DNA of 64,000 nt from Dipteris shenzhenensis. Taxonomy: Eukaryota. The notes under the pieces were generated by a model, which saw only the letters and a list, made by a program, of their open reading frames with translations, was not told the origin of the DNA and ran no database searches. The stretch lies in the NCBI GenBank assembly GCA_047967505.1, contig CM106538.1; one strand, given 5' to 3'. Both the position numbers and the translations under genes were made by a program. How positions within the stretch are numbered: the first letter of the stretch is position 1; each line of letters starts with the position of its first letter. Below, one piece after another: positions 51,111 through 63,237 of this stretch.

Positions 51111-51662
51111 TTTCAAGCACCTTTTCAATGCTTAATGTTTACAATTACGACACACGGCATTATTTTTAAAATACATTACATGTATTAGATGTGTGAATTG
51201 AGATATTTGAAATTCAAAATCATACTCTTAATTTTAAATACGCACATGGGGATGAAACTTCGCACGGCTCTTAGGTTTAGTGTAATAATTGCAAGCATTG
51301 ATATATACAAAATTCAATATGATATTCAAAATGATAAAGTTGGAACTTGAACACTTTTTCAATGCTTAATGTTTACAATTACTTCACATGGCATTCTTTT
51401 TTAAATACCTTATGTATTAGATGTGTGAATTGAGATATTCGAAATTCAAAATCATACTCCTAATTTTAAATGTTTATGTTACATTTAAACAAACTATAAA
51501 CTGAGATAAACAAAGTGTGAAGAACATCATGAAAGTACGAAAATGCTCATACATCATAAAAGTAAGAACAATATCATGAAAGTACCAAAATGAATCTGTA
51601 CATCATCATCATCATGCTGCAGAAGTGCATCCCTATACAAGAAATGTGTGAAGCCTAAACAA

Positions 51663-53608
51663 TCATCCTGAATCAGAATCTGATAACTCCACATATGATC
51701 CTCTAGTGGAACACTGACGTGGCTCCTGTATGACCCGCTGCCCAACTGTCCGCTGTGTGCCCTCAGGCAAAGCCGGATCAGATGGGCCAGCCTCATCACC
51801 TGCATGAGATGGACCAGCCTCATCCTGATGAAGAGGAGGGCATGCTGCATGCGCCACCGCTGCCATCTCTGCCTCCCTCGCCTCCTCTATGTATACGCGT
51901 CTCAGCTCCCATAGCCGTGCATGTGCGAATACTCGTGCCTCAAATCCAGTGCGAGTAATCATCTCTACATGTAGAAGACGCTAGTCTCGGCCCCACCCAA
52001 GATGCTACTCCACCCACTGCTGCAATGATGTCTGCAGCTCTACCTCTCGCTCAATCCGGTGTGCCTCCTCTGCTCGTGCCTCGTCACCTGGCATGAAATC
52101 ACCATATGAAAAGCGTCGTGGAATGCACGCTGCAACCACCGATGTATCAGCACCCTCCTGCATCAGCAACGCTCTCTGTGCCTCCTCCTTGTAGTGCTCT
52201 GTCAAGACTACACGGGCAAATGGATCAATGGCCTGACGATGACCAGGATATATATCATCCATGCCTAGTCCTCTATATGTGGCCACATCAATGTCAGCAA
52301 AGCATACAGGGCACACTTATCATGCCACCATGTGGCGGGTCATGCAATGGAGATGTGCGATGTGGCCGCACCCTAGTCCAAACCACCCTACGGTGTCAAA
52401 CTCCTCGTGGCAAAGGACGCAAGTGGCAGTAGGAAGCCTGGCTATGACTGCTGCGTCTATGGGTGTCCTAGTCGGCACATCTACAGGAGGAGCAGGGTAT
52501 AGGGCCACACTGGGGTCGAGATCCTATGGCGAGATGGATCACGACTAATATGCCTCAGCTGCAAAATATAGTGCTCCGCACGATGGTATGCTATGCGTGT
52601 CCGAATCCTCTGCTCCTCCAAATCTGTCTGCAACAGTCGTACACGAGACTCCATCTCCTGACGCAATAGATGTGCCTGCAATGCAAACATGTCGCATACA
52701 TGGTGAGAATTAACCAAAAAACTTCAGTTCAAAACACGCTACAAAAAAATAAACTAACATAATCAAAATAACTAATGCGTACAGCCTCCAACTCTGCAAT
52801 CCGTGCGTCTCGAGCCTCCAACTCGTGCTGAGGCGGTGTAGATGTGGGAGGTGGTGTAGATGTGGGAGGCTCCATCGATGATCAAGGTGGGGGAGGTGGA
52901 ATCGAAAGTGATCTCGATAGGGCAGAGACCATGTGCTACAAGGATGATGCCACTGAATGAACATCCCCCCTAATCTGTCCTCCAACAGCTCGCAATGCCG
53001 GTGCAGGGATGGTGTGCAACTCTGGTGCCTCGCGTCGACACCGAACACCTGCAATCTGACGCTCCTGACGCCCCATCCTACCATGTCCCGCTCTTGATCC
53101 TAGACGGGTACTAAGGTAGTCTACCCGATGACCAAGCACAAACTCAGCATATAGCTGCATGGCAAATGACCTGGCTATCTGACGGTTGTGAGGCAATCGA
53201 CCACCATTCGCAACGAGATATCTCGGATAAATGTGTGCTGCTATGATGGGGTGCCTACAACGTAAAATATGCAAGGGGTCGCATCGCCTGAGTGTGACCA
53301 TCCCAAAACATATCCTCTAAGGCCTGCCTGTGATGTGACTCACGCTCAAACAACTGTCGAATGGCTCTCCAATCCAAGCCACCACCAGTGATCTCTGCCT
53401 CAGCCTGTGCCTGAAAGCTATCCACAATGTCCTCAACTGTGTCCAATCGACCCAGAGCCTCAATAACTGAATCTAGACTCGCAACCAAGTGAGGGGGTGC
53501 CCTAGCATCCTGCAGTGCCCTCATCTCAGCTCTCAGCATCTCTATCTGCATACGAATAGTGGTGCTAGAACCTGTGCGCTGGCTAGTGCATGCACAAAAA
53601 AAACACAT
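51663..53608 (-). pseudogene. Transposon-borne RING-H2 finger protein gene, inner copy
   Basis: CVLCHEEFDTVGWFGLGCGHIAHLHC-x10-CPVC fits C3H2C3. A coiled-coil-like segment lies upstream and there is an intron near 52680-52775. Stops and frameshifts are present. Confidence 0.82.
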
Positions 53609-54499
53609 GGAAATTAATATTCTATTTGGGTAATGAAAATAATATTCTATTCAATATGACTTATAATCTATTTACGTAATGAAAACTATTTGTACGTACT
53701 CCTTGATGAGGTAGGATGTCATTGGGATCATCCTATGCACCTACCGGTAGATGGGCCAAATGTTTGGCTCAATATTATGTTTATCAAACTCAATATTATT
53801 AAAAATTCTTAATTTTGATTAAAATTTTTTCAAACTCTAGTTGTTGCATTTTTAAACTTAGATGTCTCAAATATTTTTTCCTTATATGTTTCCCTTTTTT
53901 TACTTTTTATCCAATATGAAACTTTTCCACATGTGGTGTAAGGACCACATTGTCCACTTATGGCCCCTATACTAAGGACAGATAGTGGAAAGGTTTGGTT
54001 AATAAGACCTTCTTTGAATGCTTTACTGCCTTGGGTTTGCAATAGATATGGAGGAGATAGAAGGATACCTAATACATTACTTTGAACGATACACAAGCAA
54101 GGCGCATCTAGTATTTCTCGGACTACACATTAAAAAAGAGAGCGGGTTGACACTACAGACCTTTTAAAGCGAGAACTTTGAGAAAATAATTAAGCCTTTT
54201 CAATATTATCTATTTTGGTTGGGCAATCCACCTCAACTAGTGGCCATTCTTATAGATCATCACTTGGTTCCCATGCTTGGGGAGAGAGGAGACCTTTGGA
54301 CAATCATAAATTACGTATGTGTTTTCGATGCGCTGGTGCATTTAGAAGATCCAATTAGCCATACGCTTATGCATCTAACCACTCTAGTGTTGGGGTCTTT
54401 GCCCATGTGGTGTGGTGTTTTAGGGATAATGCCCATGTGGTGTTTTATACAGCCTACTTACTCTACCTAAATTATGAAACAACTCTTAACCAACTATAT

Positions 54500-56260
54500 A
54501 ATCTATAATATTCCACATAAAAGATGATTTTTTGAAAGATGGTTTTGAAGACTAAAATTTAAACGTTTTTTTATTTAAATAAAAATAGCACCAATTTCAA
54601 AAATAGCATAAAACCTACTTTAATCTCTCTTTTTCTTGTTCTTGTTTTCTTGTTTTCTTGTTTTTAATACATGATTTTTCTATTTTAACAAAATTCTTAT
54701 TTTCTTGTTCTTGATACATGATTTCTAAAAACAAAATTTAAACGTTATATTAAATTCAAAACTTCAGTAATTTGTAAACTTCACTTATAAATTTTTTTTA
54801 ATAGATTATTTTAAAAAATAAATTACATACTTTTTGACATTTAAATAAAAACTTCACTAACTTAAACTCTTATTTTCTTTTTTTAAAAAGATCATTTTTA
54901 AAAATAAAATTTAAACATTTTTTTATTTAAATATAAATAACACTAATAAAAAAAATATCTTTAATCTCTTTTTTTTAAAAGATGATTTCAAAAAACAAAA
55001 TATATACATTTTCAGGCTTTAAATAAAAAATTACGTAATTCCAAAAATAATTTAAAAAAACTTTAAAATGCATTTCAAATTTAGAAATATTTTATAATTA
55101 TTCCTATAAACTAAAATTTAAACGTTTCTTTATTTAAATAAAAATAGCACTAATTTAAAAAATAACTTTAATCTCTTTTTTTTAAAAGATGATTTTAAAA
55201 ACAAAATATTTACATTTTCACATTTCTAATAAAAAATTACGTAATTCAAAAAATAATTTAAAAAAACTTTAAAATGCATTTCAAATTTAAAAATATTTTA
55301 TAATTATTCCTATAAACTAAGATTTAAACGTTTTTTATTTCAATAAAAATAGCTCTAATTTAAAAAAATAACTTTAATCTCTTTTTTTCCAAAGATGATT
55401 TTTAAAAACCTAATTTTTACATTTTCACATTTTAAATAAAAATTTAAAATGCATTTGAAATTTGAAATATTTTATAATTATTCCTATGAACTAAAATTTA
55501 AACGTTTTTTTATTTAAATAAAAATAGCTCTAATTTAAAAAATAACTTTAATCTCTTTTTTTTCAAAGATGATTTTAAAAAACAGAATTTTTACATTTTC
55601 ACATTTTGAATTAAAAATGTCATAATTCAAAAATTTTAAAAAAACTTTAAAATGCATTTCAAATCTAAATATATTTTATAATTATTCCTGTGAACTAAAA
55701 TTTAAACATTTTTTTATTTAATTAAAAATAGCTCTAATTTAAAAATAACTTTAATCTCTTTTTTTTCAAAGATGATTTTAAAAAACAGAATTTTTACATT
55801 TTCACATTTTGAATTAAAAATGTCGTAATTCAAAAATTTAAAAAAAACTTTAAAATGCATTTCAAATTTAAAAATATTTTATAATTATTCCTGTGAACTA
55901 AAATTTAAACGTTTTTTTATTTTAAAAAAAATAGCTCTAATTTAAAAAATAACTTTAATCTCTTTATTTTCAAAGATGATTTTAAAAAACAATAATTTTT
56001 ACATTTTCACATTTTAAATTAAAAATGCCGTAATTCAAAAATTTAAAAAAAATTTACAAATGCATTTGAAATTTAGAAATATTTTATAATTATTCCTATG
56101 AACGTTTTTTTATTTAATAAAAATAGCTTTAATTAAAAATTTTTTTTTTTCACATTTTAAATTAAAACTGTCGTAATTCAAAAATTTCAAAAAAACATTA
56201 AAATGCATTTGAAATTTAGAAATTTTTTATAATTATTCCTATAAACTAAAATTTAATTAA
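54500..56260. repeat. Very AT-rich tandem array, ~185-bp unit, roughly 8-9 copies
   Basis: AAAATGCATTTCAAATTTA..ATATTTTATAATTATTCCT..GAACTAAAATTTAAACGTTTTTT recurs. Present only in the inner element. Confidence 0.9.
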
Positions 56261-56407
56261 ATTTTAGCAAAAAAAAATGCTACATAAAAAAAACCCTACT
56301 TGGACTCTCCCGCTCCGTCCATCTCTGTCGATGTCCGTCGGTCGCTCTCCGTCGCTGGCGCAATTCCGTCGACGTCCCGCAAATCCGAAATCGGTCAATG
56401 AGGAAGA

Positions 56408-57051
56408 GCTCGATCGAGGTATGCAGAATGAGGGGGGTCACTCTCCTTTTATAAGAAAATTTAGGGTTTCCCTACCTTGATCGAGGTATTTCGCATGCAA
56501 CATACATATCAGATCAAGGTATAGACATGCCACGATATCTCGATTGAGGTATTTTGACATGCCCATACATCTCGTTACATCTACCTCGATCGAGGTATAG
56601 ACATGCCACAATACCTCGATCGAGGTATTGTGACATGCCCATACATCTCGGTACATCTACCTCGATCAAGGTATTGACATGCCACGATACCTCGATCAAG
56701 GTATGTCGGCAGCAGCCGGATGCCACATGTCTCGATTGACGTATTCGACATGCGGCCAAGTCATCGGTCCAACATACCTCGATCGAGGTATGTCATCTGC
56801 CCTGTCGGATGGCACATACCTCGATCGAGGTATGCTGGACATGCCACATTACCTCGATCAAGGTTTAGCTGGATTGCCAGGATACCTCGAACGAGGTAGA
56901 TGTGGCATGTATAGGTGGCTTGCCAGCAAACCTCGATCGAGGTATAGGCTCGGTCCGATGAAAAAAGCCCAGCACCTCGATCGAGGTATTGGCTTGGCTC
57001 GGTTGTCCTCGTGTGTGATTTTCATTGGAACTAATACCTCGATCGAGGTAT
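56408..57051. repeat. Right subterminal cluster of TACCTCGATCGAGGTA palindromes (inner element)
   Basis: More than a dozen exact or near-exact copies spaced ~30-50 bp apart. Confidence 0.93.
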
Positions 57052-57151
57052 TGCAGACGAAGCAAAACCTTTGTATTTTCACTCGAGCGGGTGTCACACT
57101 CACCCGAAAGTGGTCCGGAAGTGGACACCCTTAGCTTGCTACCACCCAGAT

Positions 57152-58528
57152 CATCCATGCCCAGTCCTCTGTATGTCGCCACATCAATGTCAGCAAAGCA
57201 TACAGGGCACACTGAGAACGTGCCACCATGTGGCGGGTCATGCAATGGAGATATGCGATGTGGCCGCACCCTAGTCCAAGCCACCCTACGGTGTCAAACT
57301 CCTCGTGGCAGAGGATACAAGTGGCAGTAGGAAGCCTCGCTATGACTGCTGCGTCTATGGGTGTCCTAGTCGGCACATCTACAGGAGGAGCAGGGTATAG
57401 GGCCACGCTGGGGTCGATCCTATGGCGCGATGGATCACGACTAATATGCCTCAACTGCAAAATATAGTGCTCTGCGCGATGGTATGCTATGCGTGTCCGA
57501 ATCCTCTGCTCCTCCAAATCTGTTTGCAACAGTCGTACGTGAGACTCCATCTCCTGATGCAATAGATGTGCCTGCAATGCAAACATGTCGCGTACATGGT
57601 GAGAATTAACCAAAAAACTTCAGTTCAAAACACGCTACAAAAAAATAAACTAACATAATCAAAATAACTAACCTCGTCCCTAGACTCGGCCAACAATGCC
57701 TCCAACTCTGCAATCCATGTGTCTCGAGCCTCCAACTCGTGCTGAGGCACCGTAGATGTGGGAGGTGGTGTAGATGTGGGATGCTCCATCGATAATCGAG
57801 GTGGGGGAGGTGGAATCGCAATAGATCTCGATAGGGCAGAGACCATGTGCTGCAAGGATGATGCCACTGAATGAACATCCCCCCTAATTTGTCCTCCCAC
57901 CACTCACAATGCCGGTGTAGGGATGGTGTGCAACTCTGGTCCCTCGCGTCGACGCCCGAACACCTACAATCTGACGCTCCTGACGCCCCATCCTACCACG
58001 TCCCGCTCCTGATCCTGGACGGGTACTAAGGTAGTCCACCCGATGACCAAGGACAAACTCAGCGTAAAGCTGCATGGCAAACGACCTGCGGTTGTGAGGC
58101 AATCGACCACCATTTGCAGCGAGATATCTCGGATAAATGTGTGCTGCTATGATGGGGTGCCTACACCGTAAAATATGCAAGGGGAGCCCTGATCGTGGTC
58201 GCATTGCCTCGGTGTGACCATCCCAAAACATATCCTCCAAGGCCTCCCTGTGATGTGACTCACGCTCAAACAACTGTCGAATGGCTCTCCAATCCAAGCC
58301 ACCACCAGTGATCTCCGCCTCAGCCTGTGCCTGAAAGCTATCCACAACGTCCTCAACTGTGTCCAATCGACTCAGAGCCTCAATAACTGAATCCAGGCTC
58401 GCAACCAAGTGAGGGGGTGCCCTAGCATCCTGCAGTGCCCTCATCTCAGCTCTCAGCATCTCTATCTGCATACGAATAGTGGTGCTAGAACCTGTGCACT
58501 GGCTGGCGCATGCACAAAAAAAACACAT
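57152..58528 (-). pseudogene. Outer-copy RING gene, 5' part
   Basis: ORFs 57884-58528 and 57131-57613 match the inner copy (CILCHEEFDTVGWLGLGCGHIAYLHC...CPVC with a 2-nt frameshift). Confidence 0.85.
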
Positions 58529-58649
58529 GGAAATTAATATTCTATTTGGGTTATGAAAATAATATTCTATTCAATATGACTTATAATCTATTTACGTAAT
58601 GAAAACTATTTGTACGTACTCCTTGATGAGGTAGATCCTATGCCCATAC

Positions 58650-59219
58650 ATCGATCGAGGTATTCTTGACATGCCCATACATCTCGGCACATCTACCTCG
58701 ATCGAGGTATTGGCATGCCACGATACCTCGATCGAGGTATTCTTGACATGCCCATACATCTCGGTACATCTACCTCGATCGAGGTATTGCCATGCCACAA
58801 TACCTCGATCGAGGTATTGTGACATGCCCATACATCTCGGTACATCCACGTCGATGGAGGTTTTGACATGCCACGATACCTCGATCGTGGTATGTTGGCA
58901 GAAGCGGGATGCCAAGTCATGTGTCCAGCATACCTCGATCGAGGTATGTCATCCGCCCTGTTGGCTGCCCTGTCGGATGGCACATACCTCGATCGAGGTG
59001 TGCTGGACATGCAACCTGACCTCGATCGAGGTTGAGCTGGATTGCCACGATACCTCGAACGAGGTAGATGTGGCATGTATAGCTGGCTTGCCAGCAAGCC
59101 TCGATCGAGGTAGAGGCTCGGTCCGGTGAAAAAGTGCAGTACCTCGATCGAGGTATTGGCTTGGCTCGGTTGTGCTCGTGTGTGATTTTCATTGGAGCTT
59201 ATACCTCGATCGAGGTATT
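58650..59219. repeat. Right subterminal cluster of TACCTCGATCGAGGTA palindromes (outer element)
   Basis: More than a dozen copies, colinear with 56480-57051. Confidence 0.93.
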
Positions 59220-59315
59220 GGAGACCGAAGCAAAACCTTTGTATTTTCACTCGAGCGGGTGTCACACTCACCCGAAAGTGGTCCGGAAGTGGACACCCTT
59301 AGCTTGCTACCTCCC

Positions 59316-59680
59316 GCAACTAAAATTAAAAGCATAAGTCCTTCCAAAGTAAAGTAGTTCATGCAACTAACAAATTTACATCCTAGGTCTTTCCAAAGAC
59401 ACCTAAATATTTCATACGACTAAAATTAAATCCTAAGTTCTTCCAATGTAAAGCATTTCATGCAACTAGCAAATTGACATTTAGGTCTTTCCAAAGACAC
59501 CTAAAATATTTCATACAACTAAAATTAAAATCCTATGTCTTTCCAAAGTAAAGTATTTCATGTAATCAACTATTTAAAATCGTAAGTCTTTCCAAATACA
59601 CTTAAAATGTTTCATGCAACTAAAATTAAAATCCCAAGTCTTTCCAAAGGCACCTAAAATGTTTCATGCAAGTAACAAAC
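59316..59680. repeat. ~60-bp tandem repeat in hAT G (target of the outer Sola2-like copy)
   Basis: Unit TTCATGCAACTAAAATTAAAATCCTAAGTCTTTCCAAAG. A degenerate counterpart lies at ~34200-34470. Confidence 0.85.
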
Positions 59681-61157
59681 CTATTTTCCTATTAGTATTT
59701 AAGTGCTAACTATCCAATTAATATCTAAGTGTGCAATTAGATTTTGGTTGGCAAACGAGGCCACCACCGGCACCAAAATACTTTTTACAAGGATCAACAA
59801 ATCTTCCAAATTTATTTTGTATCTTTGTCTATCCTTGTTTTTAATACTTCTGGTTTCCAAGAGTCTCCATGAAATATGGGGAATCTCGATAATGTGAATA
59901 GTATGAATGCAACAGTGAGTTTATGTAAATGATATACACCATACAATGTAGCTAAATATCATGTAGTATAATCCCGAATCACTGTGTAGTAAATAGACAC
60001 ACCGTGCAACATATAGGACATCATGTGGTAGATTAAAGTACCGTGCAGTATGCCACCATTTCGCCACACGGTATACAAACTTATTGCATGGTACTTATCT
60101 ACAGCTACATTCTTAATAAAAATTTGCTACTAGTCCCTTGTAAAATTCCCCTAGGCTGATCAGAACATGTTTAGAACGTTTTATTACCACATTCTAAAAC
60201 GAATTATGTTTAAAATTTACCACAAATCTTTGGTCCTAGTGAGGGAATGAGTTACAGTTCTCATCTAATCAATGATATTACACGTCTTTTCCTACAAATC
60301 CTGTGATGTTACAATTATTTCCACCCATATTTGTTAAAGGACATCCTAGTAACTAGTTCATTAACACACAACAATGGATATTTTTAATGCTTGAGCATGA
60401 TGCATGGTAAGAAAGAGGAAATATGCATGTGAAATCATGCAAATGATATCTGATCCACATAAAACATTGCAAGCACAAGTATATTAGTTTCTTGGGAGGG
60501 TCACTCAATAATATATGTAGCTATCATGTGAGTTTAACATAAGGGCATATTTAATTTCATTTTTTCTCACATTTTCACAGACAGAATGGTGTTGTAAAAA
60601 GGATTTTGGAAAAAAATGTACAAATTGAATAGGAAAAGGTTGCATTTTATTAATGAAAAATTCACGGATAAGGGGTTTTATAAATAGGCCTTGAACGCAT
60701 GTGATATATAGCGTTTATACATTGTGAACCCCTCGAGATTAGTTCAATCAAGGATTGTGAAAAATATCATACCCATTGGACACTATATATATATATGCAC
60801 ATATGCTAGAAGCATATATCCAATCTACATAAAAATTTACAAGAATAAGGATATTGTTCTTGTTTAGGCTTGAAAAGTATCATACCCATCAGACACACAC
60901 ATATGCCAAAAGCACACTGATGCATATTTTCAACACTCAAGCATGATGCATATTTTCAATCATTAGGCATGATGCATGGTAAAAAATGTGGAAGTACTCA
61001 TGCCCAAATTACGTGAAAATGATATTTGATCTACGTCAAAAACTTGCAAGAACAATTATATTAGTCTCATTAAGGCATACACAAAGTATCACATCCATTA
61101 GACACACACTTATTCTAGAAGTACACTGATACAAATTTATAACACATGTACAACACA

Positions 61158-62041
61158 CTGGGATTTTTTTAGTACGTTTTCTTTGAGAAAAGAACGTATT
61201 TTTTGAATTAAAAATGCATGTGGACGTTCAAAATGCAAAAAATGCATTTTTTACAACTGGTCACGGTTGACCGGCTATATACCGATTGGTAAATCCCAAC
61301 ACTGTCCAGTATTTTTTTGAAAATACCGATCGGTGTTGGGATTTACCAGTCGGTGCAAATTAATTGGTCAGTGAATCACCACACTGACTGGTATACAACA
61401 AATTGGAAGGTGAATCACCACACCGATCGGTATACTCAAGAAAATACCGGTCAGTGTAGTGTGACACCGATCGGTGTGCATAGACCAAATGCGTGGCATG
61501 CCTGCATTGGCCACAAAAAGCGACTGGTGTGTGGACATACTGGCCGGTATGTCGATTTAGATTCTATAAAAGGCCCCCTTCGCATCATTTTTTTCTATAG
61601 TTCACCGAAATTCGCCGGAAATTTCTGCAGTTTTCTGCATCTTCGCTATTTTTCACTCTCCTACAAGCTTTTGGTGAGATTCCAACCTCGCTATTGTTCT
61701 CAGTTAGGGTCGAGTGATGGCTTGCTTTGGTCGGCTGGATTCACCTCGCCTTACTTGAGAGAAAAGAGAGAGAAATATGTCATATGATTGTGCTTGCTTA
61801 CTTCTATGTGTGTGATTGCATGATGTGTTTCACTTAGGGCAAGATGATGAGATGCTTTGGCCGATTGGATTCATCTCGCCTCAAGTGATGTTCTAGTAGT
61901 ATCAGGATTAAGGTTGGGTGATGGCTCGCTTGGGCCGGCTGGATTCACCTCATCCCAATTGAGAGAGGAATATGTATGATGCTTATTTATGCATGCTTAT
62001 ATGTGTTTGAATGTCTGATGTTTATCACTTGGGGCCGGATG
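61158..62041 (+). mobile_element. Second copy (H) of the left arm of F, interrupted by a Copia element
   Basis: CTGGGATTTTTTTAGTACG... is colinear with 13138-13950, including ACCGATCGGT motifs, TATA box and hairpin repeats. Confidence 0.8.
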
Positions 62042-62385
62042 TGTTGGGATAAGTATGATCAAGGGCTTGCTCTATGGTGCATGTGTGCATCTAGGGGAGT
62101 CACATGTGTGTTTGTGTGTGTTGTAAAGGCACATCAAGTGCTATGATGTGTCTAGTGTGTGACCTAAGTGATGATGTAAGACAAAGGCAATCCACTAATG
62201 TAGGGATTGATTCCCACTGATCTAGGGGCTGATTGCCACTTATGTAGGGAAGGTTATACCTTCTCCCCCTTTCTATAAGAGAGAAACCTCTCTCTCACAA
62301 TCATAATAGAGAACTACCATCTTTCTTTCATTGTGCTCTCACACCTCTTGCAAGATGCATCTATTCTATCCTACGAGATCCTACA
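62042..62385 (+). mobile_element. Copia 5' LTR (344 bp)
   Basis: TGTTGG...CCTACA boundaries, TATA near 62274, followed by a PBS after 2 nt. Confidence 0.85.
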
Positions 62386-62387
62386 CT

Positions 62388-62399
62388 TGGTATCAGAGC
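62388..62399 (+). promoter_or_regulatory. Primer-binding site for initiator Met tRNA
   Basis: Exact TGGTATCAGAGC. Confidence 0.95.
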
Positions 62400-63237
62400 T
62401 TTAGGTTCTAGATCTAGCCTAGCCTAGCATTAGATGCTATCTCAAGCATAAACTACAAGTTTCTTCATCTTCTCCATTTTCCTCCTTCTTCCCAAAATCT
62501 TTGAGAGCTGTGTTCTCTGCCTACAAACAACCATTTGAGCTACAAACTCCTCACATATGGGCAAAATTCCATCTGCAAGCATTTGGTGAAATTTTGTCTA
62601 TATGCGCAATGCCAACACTCACACTCCTCGATGAACATTCGTGCAATTTTGCCTCTGTACCTACCTATCTGCAAATTCCTTTGAGCCCATGCTGGATGAC
62701 ACTGAGGGCAAGCTGCTGCTGAAATCTGATCTCATTTGGACAATAGATGGGAAAATGACAAAAAACTAGTCGGTCTTCTCAAGCTTGGCTATGGCAACCT
62801 GATGCAACATTGCACCTCTCCTTGCTGGTAGCCCTTCTCTGGTATAAGGCCCTTCTTCCTGCATAAAAATCCCCTTGAATAGAGCTATGAGTTGTGAGAA
62901 TTGCACCCTCCAAGTTCTGGTCTCTGTTTTGGACAATTTCGACAATGTTGTGAGTTTGATGCTACAGTAGATGCTACTTTAGCATTTTTGATGTTTTAAA
63001 GTGTTGAATAGCATCAGTACAACTGTGGCTACAACTTTACTTAAAGCTATTATACTTGGATTTGCTTGGAATACTTTCATTTAGCCACCTCTATGAAGCA
63101 TGCAAGTGAAAGCATCATTGATTTGTAGTATGGAATTTGGTTACAAGTCTTTGCTACTCTAAATGCTTGTATTTTGAAGCTCTTCAACTGTTTCTAGCCT
63201 TGTAAGAGAGTAGACACTGCCCATTTTAGACCCTCTC

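Larger units (their letters stand above)
44843..57147 (+). mobile_element. Sola2-like DDD DNA transposon, inner copy (12.3 kb)
   Basis: TIRs are GGGAAGTAGCAAGCTAAGGGTGTCCACTT (44843-44871) and AAGTGGACACCCTTAGCTTGCTACCACCC (57119-57147). The TSD is AGAT (44839-44842, 57148-57151), and an empty-site equivalent occurs at ~52243-52265. Confidence 0.95.
35271..59315 (+). mobile_element. Sola2-like DDD DNA transposon, outer copy (~11.7 kb without the nested copy)
   Basis: 29-bp TIRs GGGTGGTAGCAAGCTAAGGGTGTCCACTT (35271-35299) and 59287-59315 match at 28/29. The 4-bp TSD is GCAA (35267-35270, 59316-59319). The empty site TTCATGCAACTAAAATT matches the adjacent tandem unit. Confidence 0.92.
12198..60232 (-). 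mobile_element. Old hAT-family element G, host of F and of the Sola2-like elements; transposase portion lies outside or has been lost
   Basis: Segments ~12400-13137, 35018-35270 and 59320-60232 join into one sequence colinear with the 5' arm of F (33330-35009). The terminus ...CACAAATCTTTG (60232) aligns with F's ...CGCAAGTCCCTG. Confidence 0.7.

Noticed and set aside
35271-51500. Simple tandem segmental duplication or assembly error
   Set aside because: Both copies have complete TIR pairs, distinct TSDs and private mutations and insertions.
56408-59219. CRISPR-like array of palindromic repeats with spacers
   Set aside because: Spacers are irregular and mutually homologous, there are no cas genes, and the context is a eukaryotic transposon subterminal region.
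56438-59271. ORFs with TSIEV/YLDRG/PRSR peptide repeats
   Set aside because: Translations of the DNA palindrome in all six frames, with no independent coding evidence.
60240-61150. Degenerate repeats (AAAAGTATCATACCCAT..GACAC) as a distinct element
   Set aside because: Repeats are visible, but no termini, TSD or coding signal allow classification.
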